NCBI GenBank assembly: GCA_963575745.1
Contig: CAUYUJ010000226.1
Location: 248,001 to 312,000 of the forward strand
Reading direction: 5' to 3'
From: Prorocentrum cordatum
Lineage: Eukaryota
Length of the DNA: 64,000 nt
The notes below the pieces were generated by a model. The model did no database searches. It was not told the origin of the DNA and was given only the letters and a program-made list of their open reading frames with translations. Made by a program: the position numbers and the translations under genes. Shown here in pieces: positions 24,396-36,300 of the stretch. Position 1 is the first letter of the stretch; every line of letters begins with the position of its first letter.

Positions 24396-27300
24396 TGAGG
24401 AGGAGTACATCCAGAGGACGCATGGGGGGAGGCGGGCCTGGCTCGAGCCAGTGCCACGCCCTGCTGCCCTCTCGGGAGGCCGCGCCGCCCTCGCGCGGCA
24501 GCTGCCGCGCCGCGAGGCTCGCCAAGGTGGAGGCCGAGCAGAACGCCCTGTGCGACGGGGAGCAGTTCGAGGAGGCTCCTCGCCCGGCCTAGCGCGGCCA
24601 CGCAGCTGGAGCAGGCATGATCCCAACCAACCAGCAGGGCACCACGGGCATCAGATCCACGGGGTCGTCGGGTCCAGCGTACTTAAGATGAGAAGGAGGT
24701 TGGGACATGTCTCGTCGTCAGCACGTAGAGGGCGCTATTTCACCACAGTGCTCGACCTAAGGTGCCCGATTATGGGCCCAGGCTACACATTGCTAATCTG
24801 TGTGTTGTGACTCTGGCTTGCCACATGGCAGACGGAGCCCAGGATAACAGCATTTCTCGTGCTTGGCCTATCATTGTTCGTAAGCTGTCCTTCCCCCCCG
24901 AGCTCGCTTCAGGCACGTGCGTGGCCCGTTATTGACAGTGGTTGCGTAGCTATTGCAGCAGGAGTGGGCCTCGTTGCGGCCACCGAGTGGGGTGAGGGGC
25001 CGGTGGAAGATCTCAGTCGCGAAGTTTGCATCCTTGATGCAGCAGGGCATCACGATGGCGTCTCGTCGTTTCTGGTAGACTTCGAGCACACGACTTACAC
25101 CGGTGAGTGGAACAGTGTTTGTAGTCGTGTGGTGGTGAGGGCCTCCAAGGAGGAACCGATCATTTCTTTTACAGGTTTTGCTTGAGGGCCCTCGAGTCGG
25201 CCCCGAATTGCCATTAACTTGCTGAACTGATGTTGTGTGTAGCGGTTGGGGCACGTGGCCCCGCCAGAGGATTGCGGGCGAAGTTGGAGGAGTCGAGTCG
25301 GTCGGGTGCGCCAGATGCAGGGAAGCGCCGGAGAAGGCTTCCCATCGGGCGTGTACATTAAATTGTACCTCTGGTTCCCCCGCCCTTTCCAACCCGGACC
25401 CCCTCCTCGACCAAGCCCTCACCCAACAGGAATCGGACGTTTGTTGTTGCCTGCGCGGTACTTTGCCTGCGGGTTGGACGGGGGTCTCCCAGCCCCCCGC
25501 CGAGCTTGCTTGGGAAGTTACAGTCAAGATGCTGAAATAAGGAACTGTTTGGGTTCGGAAGGGGCTTGGGGCTCGATGTTCCCCAGGTTCCTCCATTGCG
25601 GTCCCTTTCGCCCTCGGGCACGGAGGCGGAGGAGACAAGGACACTCGCAGAAGTATAGCTCAGGAGGGCCTGGGCTGGGGCCGCCGCCGTCGGGTTGTTT
25701 CACCGCTGCGGGTTGCTACCGTGGGCCGTGGCCCCTCCGGTAGTCTAGGCCTCCTAGATGGGGTCCGCGTAGATGGGGTCGAAGCATCGCACCGCATCGC
25801 CGATGCATCGGCGATTCGGTTTGATGTGGTGCTTGGTTCGCTTCACGTCGACGTCGCCGATGCATCGCCGACGTCGACGATGCATCGTCGGTGCATCGTC
25901 AACACATCGCCGATACATCGCCGATGTAGCGGCGATGCGGCGCCACCCTCCGACACCATCATCGCCGACCCCATCTGGGAGGCCTCTAGGCAGGGCCTCG
26001 GCAGGTGGTCCCCAGAGGTGAATTCAGAACACTCATTCTACCAGTTCGTCACCGCCGAGATTTTTCATTACTGTCCGTGACGGGCAACGAGGTCCTGTCA
26101 GTGCGGGGCGGTGCCAGCGGAGGTAGCCCCAACGGCGGGGTGGCAGTCCGAGGTTCTGGGATGAGCTTGGGCGGCTCGCAGCTGCCAGAGGCCTGTCGGA
26201 GATGGTCGCCCTCCAGCTGCCGCCCCGCCCTTTCCGCCTCGGGGGCCGCTCAGGGAGGCCGCTCAGGGCAAGCACCCACTCTGGATGACGCGCAGTGAAG
26301 CGCACCCCCCCCCACCCCGCCCCCGTCTCCAGTCCGAGGCCCTGCTCAGGGGAGTCTGGGCAGGCCGTGCGCTGCTGTGCCTGGGGAGGAGGAGGAGGAG
26401 GAGGAGGAGCGAGGAGGAGGAGGAGGAACGAGGGGGAGGAGGAGGAGGAGGAGGAGGAGGAGGAGGAGGAGGGGAGGAGGAGGAGGAGGAGGAGGAGGAG
26501 GAGGAGGAGGAGCAGGAGGGAGGGAAGAGGGAAGAGGGAATGGGGGCGGGAGCAGGGTCGGGAACGGCTGGGGGACCTCCCGCCCCATCCGCGGCCAGGC
26601 CATGCGTCTTCCGCCCTCGCTCCTCGTCCTCCCCTCGCTGCTTCCTCCTCCCCCCGCTCTCCCCCCTCTCCTCTTCCCGCCTCCCTCCTCCGCGTCTGCT
26701 CCCCTCCCCCCTCCTTCCCCATCCTCTCCCCTCCTCTGCCTCCTCCCCCCCCCCCTTCACCCATCCTCCCCTTGCTGCTCCCTCCCCTCTCTCTCTTTTC
26801 TGCCCCTCCTCCCCTCCCCTCCCCAATCGTCCGGAGCCGCACCGCACAGGCCGGCGCCCTCGACGTGACCATCCAGGAACTCAAGGAGCGGCGCCAGCCG
26901 GGAGCGGTTCTCACGGAATAGCAGGAGGGGGCGGGGTAGGTCGAGGCCCCCCCCCAAACGGAGAGAAGGATAGCATCGAATACACATTAAAAAATTGCAT
27001 CAGCATGAACTTCTGGAGCTCCGCGCGGAGTTCTTGGCTCTGTGCCTGGGCCCCCCTGGCGGCTCCTCTGGCGCCGCCCTTGGCGCACTCCGCGCGCCAG
27101 GGAGGCGGGTCCAGCGCGGATCCAAGAAAGCCGCGCGGACCTCCGAAAGTTTACGTTTATGCCGTCTGATGTTCCTCAACGCCATCCACCTTCCCTTGCT
27201 GCGCGGAGCCTTCCCCATCGCCTTCGCCGAGCTGGGGCTGGGCCCCTGGGCTTTCGTGCGGACCTCCTGGACCTCCGTAGCGGCCTCATGGGCCCCCCTC

Positions 27301-30300
27301 GGGGCATTGATCGGGCCAGATTCAAGCCACCTGGAGGCCTCGGAAGGTCTCGGAAACGACTGGGCGAGAAGACCAAGGTCATTCATGTTCTGCTGTTTTC
27401 GAAAGTATGTCGGTTTGGGGGGAGCGTCTTTGGTGGCCCCCGAGGCCGCGTGCACCCTCCTTGGGGCGGTCTTGGGACCTCTTGAAGTACGCTGGGAGCC
27501 ATCATGAGCGACCTCGTGCCACCTTGGGCCATCGTTGAGGCCGTCTTGGGCTCCCAGATGCCTGCCTGGAGCCATCTTGGGCCAGTCTTGGACGCCCCAG
27601 CGCCTCGCCGCCCCTCCCTCCCAGACCCGGGCGGGGGGGGCAGGGGCAGGGGCAAACCCTGTCCCGACGGAGGAGCAAGGGGGGCAGGACGATCGAGAGC
27701 CTTGAGACGGGGGGCAGTGCAAACGGGGCTCAGCCAGAGCGCCCGATCTCGCAAGATCCTGCAGGGCCAGGGTCGCATTGACCCGGGTTTGGGTGCAGGA
27801 TCTTGCAGGATTCTGCAAGGCCTGACTGATCCGGGTCTGGCTTGCCCGGATCAGAAGATCCCCGAGACGAGGAAGCGCCCTGAATTACCGATGCCCTGAG
27901 AGCTGACGGCGGCGGCCTTGGCGCGTCACTTCGAACTGCTCGTCTCAGTTGCGGCCGTGCGCGCCCAAGTGCTTCGCACGAGTGCTCGGCCATCATCCCC
28001 AGGACGTCACCACCCACCAAACCACCCCAACCCAACCCGAAGGCCTAAATTTGCCCTCCATTTCCAGTTGGGGGGGGTCGGGAAACGTCGAAAAAACACA
28101 TGTGGAACCCTTACCCCCCTTCGGGTTGGGTTGGGGTGGTCTGGTAGGTAGTCAAGGACGGGGACGCGCTGGAGCGGTTCGCGATGGGCTGCGCGTGTCA
28201 GCCGGGGTCGCGCGCGAGCGCCGCCTCCGGAACGCGGACGCGCGGGCCTGAGCCGAGCGGGGTGAGCGTGGGGCGGGCGGGGCCGGGCTTGGGGAGCAGC
28301 CTGTCGGGTCGGGCGAAAGGGGGGGATTGGGAAAGGGGGGGGAACTTTGCTGCATGCAGCTGGTTTCGGCCTCACCGAGGGGCCCATTCCTCGATACATG
28401 GCCGCTCCCGGCGCGGGAGGCGCCGGGAAAATCAGCTACGTGAGCTGATTCTCAAACCCCCCCTTTGCTGTCCCCCCCTTTCGCCCGACCCTAGCCTGGG
28501 CTGCCCGCGCGGGCACGGCCATTGGCGGAACGGCGGCGTCCGTGTGCCAGGCCTGTCCCCCCTACAGGCGGATGTTGGACGACAGAACAGAAAGCATATG
28601 CAAGAGTGGCCGAACGATGTTCAACACAAACCGTCCCCGGATTTGTTGTGGACCATGGTTGAACTTTCCCCCTGTAGAGAGACGGACCCGGCTTCACCCC
28701 AGTCAGGCCCCCCCCCCCATGAAGGGACCGCCAATCTGCGCGCCAGGGTGGGAGGGGGGCAGCGCCGATGCAAGAAATCAGCGCGGACGTCCGAACCGAA
28801 CACGTCTATTACAGTTGCCTGGCCCCCTACAGGCGCGGAGGACGAGGGAGACGAGGCTATGTGAGCTCGCGCCGTGTCTGACGTCCGACCCCTCCCACCC
28901 ATTCATTGCCGTGGCGCTGATTGGTTGATACCCGCCGATATGGGCGTCCCGGAAGAGTTTGATCCCCCCAAAGACCCCATCGCGCGCGTGGCTCGTAAGC
29001 ACAGGAAGGTGGGGGGGGACTTTCGTGCTCTGACGGATGAGCAGGAGGAATAGGGTTAAGTCGGGCCTGTCCCTCTACAGGAGGAATATTCATAAATGTT
29101 ACAAAAACAAATAATATGGGGATTATCCGTAAGGATTTCGCCCCCTGCCGCCGGCCCCCTCTCTCGGAGAATGGGCCATGGAAGAGCTAAGTCATGAGGT
29201 CTTGGCGCTGTCGTGAAGCAGTATCGAAACTTCATGCGAAGCCGATTCGCAATCAGCAAAACCAACTGATCACAAGAGGGGTTACCACACCTGGCGATTG
29301 GTAAGACGTGTATGGTTTACGGGCTTGGTTACCACACCTTGCGATTAAAGGGCCGAGGGAGTTCTCGCAGTTTGGGTTACCACGCCTTGCGATGGATGTG
29401 CGTGAAGGGTGGCACCGAATTTCAGAAATGTGGCAAATCCCCTGTGTTTTTGGACCCTGACCCCGCGGATCTGCGTGAGGGGTGGCACCGAATTTCAGAA
29501 ATGTGGCAAATCCCCTGTGTTTTTGGACCCTGACCCCGCGGATCTGCGTGAGGGGTGGCACCGAATTTCAGAAATGTGGCAAATCCCCTTTGTTTTTGGA
29601 CCCTGACCCCGCGGATCTGCGTGAGGGGTGGCACCGAATTTCAGAAATGTGGCAAATCCCTTGTGTTTTTGGACCCTGACCCCGCGGATCTGCGTGAGGG
29701 GTGGCACCGAATTTCAGAAATGTGGCAAATCCCCTGTGTTTTTGGACCCTGACCCCGCGGATCTGCGTGAGGGGTGGCACCGAATTTCAGAAATGTGGCA
29801 AATCCCCTGTGTTTTTGGACCCTGACCCCGCGGATCTGCGTGAGGGGTGGCACCGAATTTCAGAAATGTGGCAAATCCCTTGTGTTTTTGGACCCTGACC
29901 CCGCGGATCTGCGTGAGGGGTGGCACCGAATTTCAGAAATGTGGCAAATCCCTGTGTTTTTGGACCCTGACCCCGCGGATCTGCGTGAGGGGTGGCACCG
30001 AATTTCAGAAATGTGGCAAATCCCCATGTGTTTTTGGACCCTGACCCCGCGGATCTGCGTGAGGGGTGGCACCGAATTTCAGAAATGTGGCAAATCCCCT
30101 GTGTTTTTGGACCCTGACCCCGCAAATCCCGACCCTGATCTGTGTGAGGGGTGTCGATTTCGAGCCCCCCCCAGCAATTCAGACAACGCGCCCATGAGGT
30201 GCTGAATATCTGGTTTGGGCCCCCCCCCTCGCGCGGTCAATCAACTAGTTACAGTAACCAGCAAGAAGCAGAACTGTAACACTGGAAACTACAAGCTACA

Positions 30301-33300
30301 ACTGGTACAGGAAACTGCGAACCCGCGCCTACAGCCTGGTGGCCCCACAAGGGGGCCGGCGGATTTGTTGACAATTTTTTGAACATTTGTGGTGTATTTT
30401 AAATTTTTCGTCCAAAATCCCCCTGTAGGGGGACATGCCCGACCTAAGAATAGGGTGAGGATGAGGGAGGAGGAGCAGCACCAGGACCAGAAGGAGCAGG
30501 AGGACCAGTCGAGTGCGCAGGAGGGGAAGGAGGGGACTGGCAACGACTACAGTGGGGCTCGCATCAAGAAACCATCTGCTTTTCGTCAGGGTACCCTGGG
30601 TTTCTTCGCTCATCGCGCTGCGCGGTGACTTTCCGCGGCCGCTGAGGGAGCTGCTGCGTTTGGGGTGCCTCGGGTTTCCCCTCAGGTGTACCCCGCGCAC
30701 GGGTTCTCAGGGTTGGGTTTCTTGCGAGGGTTTCTTGAGGACGCGCCCGCACTGTAGGAACTAATCGGATTCAGAAATGTTGCCCCCACTGGCGAGGGTG
30801 CAAATCTGTATGACGGGTGCACAACGCCAATTCAGAAATGATGGCATCGCTGCATCAGGAGTGCCAGTGTGAAGGGCATGAGTTTGCTCGGTCGAGCGAT
30901 TACGTAAACCATACCAACATTTGGAATTGGTGTGTGCTTGGCATCGCTCGGACGTGTGATTTGTTTCTTCGGCGAGGATCATCAAGGAGCATCTTGAATT
31001 GTCAAGCGTAAATGAACGCGCGAAACAGGAAACTGCAGTGGGAATGGACGTCCGAGCGATGGCGAGTGCTCGGACAAACAATACTCAGGAGATGTGAAAG
31101 AAAATCATTACAGTACGTCAAAGAAAAGGAAGCTTGTGTTCAGAGGATGTTGTTATAGACCAGGATCTGGACCCGGGCCCTCGGCCACCTCCAGGATGAA
31201 TCTTCGGCGAGTGATGCGCTCGGGCGTCTTTCACTCGTTCGGCCTTTGGGATTCGCTCCTTGGGCCCAGGCCCCCTCCCGCCGTGACACCGTCGCGGCCG
31301 AAGGTTGTTGGCCAGTCTCGGCTTCAGTCGGGCCTGTCATTCGACAGGAGGACTATGCAAGGGTGGTAAAACATAGTCTGGTGACGATGTTGCTTGTTTG
31401 ACTATGTTGGTCATGTCTCTGATCATTGTTCACTTGTCCAGAACTCAGGAGGGGAAAGAACACACAGACACAACGAATCGGCGACTCCCAGGAACAGATG
31501 GGAACATAGGAGAAGGGCGGGGGGGGGGAGACGAAAGCCCAGAACATGGGAAGATGGGGAATCCTGTGATTTGGGTACACCCTGGGCGATGCTGAAGAAA
31601 ACTTACGTTTTCGTCCAGAGTCTCGATTATTCTTAACGTTTCAATGTACATCCTAAGATTTTGATAGAAGTTCTGGGTTTCGATTCAAATTCTGAGATTC
31701 TGATTTTCTTAACCCATGATTTCTTAAGCATTTCGCAGGGTGTATATTCATTTGCGTGTCACAGGGCTCCTCTGAGAGCGCCCGCCCCTGGGAGGACCTG
31801 CCCGACCCGATGCTCTCTGCATCGGGGGCGGGCCCCGCACGTGCCCCGCGTGGGGGGGGTCTCCCGCCGGGGGATGGGGCAGCGAGGCTCCCGGAGGAGC
31901 GCACGAGGGTGCCGTTGTCGGGGGTGGACAGAACCCCCAACAGTGACACGTCGATTAGTGAATTGTCCGTTTTCGGCCCTCGAGAGGGCGCCGTGGCCGT
32001 TATTTTCCAGGCTTGCGCCCGCCAGGTTTGGGCCTCAGGTCGTTTTCACTAAACCACGTTTTACTAAAGGGGGGTCTGTCCATCCCCGACGTTGGATCAC
32101 GGCGCTGGGGGGGCGGGGCTGCCGGGAGGAGGGCGAGGACGGCTTGGGCGAGGGAGGGATCCGCGGCGGGGACTTGTCCATACCAGCCGCCTGTGGATTC
32201 GATCTTCGCGGACCTCCATTGGCGGTGGATTTGGATATGGATATGGATATGGAGATATATATATATTTATATGTATATATATATATATACATAGGTTCGG
32301 TCCCCCAAGGGGCCGAAACATATCCATATCCACCGCCCGGTGGGGCACCAGGACGTCGGTTCCCAGGCGGTGGATTTGGAGACATCCCTGCCTCGCGAGG
32401 AATGATCATCGAGGGTAAAAGAACCCCGCCTCCTGACGTAGGTCGTCTACCAAAGGATTTGGGGCCCTTTGATGGTTACTAAGATGAGGAGAGAGGAGCG
32501 AGAAGGGGAGGAGGAAGAGGCGAAGAGTAGAGCAGGGAGGAGGGAGGAGAGGGAGACTCGACAGCGGGGAGGGAGAGGAGGATATGGAGGGAGGGAGGAG
32601 AGGACGGCAGTTGCCCCCTCCCTTTCTCTCTTCCACGTGCACCGCGCCCAGCCGAGGACGCTATAACCAAGCAGCTGGAAGAGGCGGCCTGGGGCAGGGG
32701 CATGAGCACGCTTCGCTCGTTGAAGGCGTGCATCTTGTGACCCCCAGATCTCAATCGGCAGTCTGCGTTAGGCGTCTTACTAGTTCAGGGGTCGAGCGGC
32801 TTCCTCCCCCTCCTCCCCCTCCTCCTCCTCTCCACCTCTCCTCCCTCCTCCTCTCCTCCTCCTCCTCCCTCCTCCCTCCTCTCCTCCTCCTCCTCCTCCT
32901 CCTCCTCCTCCTCCTCCTCCTCCTGTCTACCCAGTTCTTCCGACCGATGGGTGGCCTGTCTTCCCTGCCAGCGCCAACGCGAGAGGCTCTCAGAGTCTCC
33001 GAGGCAGCCTGGCCGATCCCCAAGGCGTCTGCAAGGCGCCAGGGTTGGCCGACCCCGCGCGGCCGACCGCGCCGGAGGACTCCAAGAGGACGTCCACGCG
33101 GCGCCCAAGAGACCCCCGATGCTCCGTCAGCTTTTCATGTGTTTTACTTGCATGCTGGTTTATGTTCGGGGGTGGACAGAACCCCCAACAGTGACACGTC
33201 GATTAGTGACTTGTCCGTTTTCGGTTCTCGAGATGGCGCCGTGGCCGTTATTTTCCAGGCTTGCGCCCGCCAGATTTGGGCCTCAGGTCGTTTTCACTAA

Positions 33301-36300
33301 ACCACGTTCTACTAAAGGGGGGTCTGTCCATCCCCGATATGTGGTGTTCGGAGAGTCCAAGAGAGCCCAAGAAGCCCCCGAGATCGCCCCCTAGGCGGCC
33401 AGCCCAGAACAGCCCCAAGAAGGTGGTGTTGGGAACACTCCGGGGGGCCCCGAGACGGCCCAGCCAGTACGAAGGAAGAAGGCCCCAAACGACGGGCCAA
33501 CTTCGCTCCAAGGGCATAGAAGGTGGCCGCCAGAGGGAGCCATCACAGTCCAACAGGCATCCGCCCAGGGCGTCGGGACGTCTTCGAAACCCATGCTGTG
33601 ATGCCGACGCGCCATATCTGCGGCGCCGAAAATGCTGCCCTTCCGGTCGCGACCGAATTTCCGCGCGGCTGGGCACTTACGGCCGCGGGGTGATTTGGGT
33701 GTGATTCCCCGGGCGCCACGAAGATCCACAACCACAAGGAGATTTTCCTGGAGGGCCCCCCGGCGGAGCGCCCGCCGACCTCGAGATGAGCACCGTGGCT
33801 GTGCTCGTGACCGATTCGGGCGCCTGGGACGCCCACGTCGACCACAACTGAGACTAAGATGTCTTCGGTGTTCCGACGACTGTCGGCATGCGCAGGACAT
33901 CCCTCAGGGTGTGTCCTCGATGTGGTCAGTGAAGGGCGTTTGCTGCCCCCGCAGGTTCTCGGGCTTCTCTGCTCTCCACCACGGGCGGCGACCGTGTCTG
34001 CCACACCCGCGCCCTCGCGGTCTGGATTCCGGGGCGCGATCCCCGCGGATGCGCGGTCGCCGCACGGACTCAGAGGCCTGGCCCGCGAACCGCGGATAGG
34101 GAGACGCTTTTCGCCCACGCGTGGCGGACGCGGACGAGTGTTCTCTGAGCTCTCTGCCCTCCAATCTCTGCCCCCCCCCCCCCTCTACCCTGGGACCTGC
34201 TCTCCACCCTTTACGCTGCACTTCCTTCTGTCAGCATTTGATGGAAAGAGCGCGTAGCACCGCGATCCGTTAGTTGGAAGAGATAATAAGTGGGAGCACG
34301 AGGGGATTGGCAAGACACGCCTCAGATCTAGTCGCCCCAATGTCCGGCCATACTCGGTTCGACCCCAGACGGCCCAAGTCAGCCCCAAAAGCGCCCAAGA
34401 CGGCCCAAGAGGCTCCCAAGACGGCTGAAGACACCTCCAGGACGGCCTCAGGGAAGCCCAAGAGCGCTCAACGACAACCCAGAATGGTTTCAAGACGGCC
34501 AAAGCAGGTCTCCAGACGCCCCAAGAGGCCTTCGAGAGGACCCCCAAGTGGCAAACATCGTTCCATTCTTTGGGGGAAACGTATACTTGCTGAACATGCG
34601 TTTTTGCAGTTTTCATATCTTCTCAGACACCCGCAGAGGCCCCCAAGTCCGCCCCCAGACGGCCAAAGAGGCCCCCAGGAGGGCCCCAAGACGGTCCCAC
34701 TGGGCTCCAAGACAGCCCAACAGAGCCCCAAGACGGCCCAAGAGAGGCCCCTGAGGGTCACGAAAGGTTCCCAAGAGAGCCTCAAGAGGGCCACTGGACG
34801 TCTCCAAGAGGGCCCCAAGACGGCCCAGGCCCCCCTAAGGCGGCCGAAGAGGGTGCCAGGACAGCCCAAGAGGGCTGCAATGAACCCGACAGGAGTCTCA
34901 GAAGGAGCCTCACAAAGGCCCGGAGAGGCCATATTCATTGATTTTCGCAATGTTGTCTGTTTGATGTTTGTATGACGTCGTGCCAACGTCTTAACACCAA
35001 GAGGGCTCCAAGACCCCAAGCATGCGATCGCGCGCCCTCACACAGTGCTCGCGCTCTCCGTCCCCGTGCCGAGCAGGTTCCACCACCAGCGTGGGGAGGA
35101 GGAGGAGGAGGAGGAGGAGGAGGAAAAGGAGGAGGAGGAGGGATGGGAGGAGGAGGAGGAGGAGGAGGAGGAGGGGATGGGAGACGGAGGATAGAGGATA
35201 GGGGGACGGGGCTTGGGGAGGAGGTTCTGGACGGTGGGGAATGTGCCCCCCCCCCCCCCCCAAAAAAAAAAAAACAGAGAAAGAGCTAGAACCTCTCAAC
35301 GACTTGCATGGCCTCTTCTCCCCTCCCTCCTCCCCCGCCGCCGTTCGCAAGGCGAGGGGCTGGCGGCGAGAGAGCGCACGCGTGAGGGGCGCGTGCGGGC
35401 GGCCGGCAGGTGGCCGCCGCGGACCGGCAGATGGAGGGGCTCGCGCAGACCCTCCTGATGCTGATCAGGCGGCACCGGTGGGGAGGCTCGGGCCGGACGA
35501 AAGGGGGGGATTGGGAAAGGGGGGGTTACGAAATTAGCTGCATGCAGCTGGTTTCGGCGCCACCGAGGGGCCCATTCCTCGATACATAGGCGCCGCCGGC
35601 GCTTGGGGGCGTCGGGAAAGTCAGCTACGTGAGCTGATTCTCAAACCTCCCCTTTGCTATCCCCCCCTTTCGCCCGACCCGAGAGGCAGGTGGAGGGGGC
35701 TCGCTTCGATTCCTCCGATTCGATTCGATTCGATTTCGATGATCTCCGATTCCGATTCGGAGTCGGGTTTCGGCTCCCATTTCTCAATGGAGGCCTACTA
35801 GGCTGTCGCTTTCCGCCGATTCGGCCTCTCCCGACTCGGCTGCCGATTCCCGCCGCGATCCGATTCACTTCGACGGGCCGAGTCGACTCATCGATTCGAT
35901 CCTGGGCTCTCCTGGAAGGAGAGGAGCGAGGGCGAGCCAGGCCCGAGGGCACGCCACACTTCGTCGAGGCTCAGCGCGCGGATTCGCGACGGGCCCCGAT
36001 TTCCAGACAGCGTCGGCGCGCGCCGTCGCGCCCAAGGAGGCGCGGCGTTGGCCTCTCGTGTGTCGCGGGGGGGACCATCCCCCGATCCACGGAGCCGGCG
36101 CCCACGCCCCAGGTCCACGGATCGCCAGGCCATGCCAGCGTGCGGCCGATGTGTGTGTGTGTGTTTACCACAGCCTCGAACGTATCCCTATCCCTAAGGT
36201 TGACACGCCAAAAGGCGATGGCAATCTTAGGGATTCGCCCTCAAAAAATAAGGGAATCCCTAAGATTGGCATCGTGATGAGGAGGTGCCCAGCATAGGGA

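Noticed and set aside
29399..30123. CRISPR array
   Set aside because: Units are contiguous and near-identical with no unique spacers; no cas genes; eukaryotic context.
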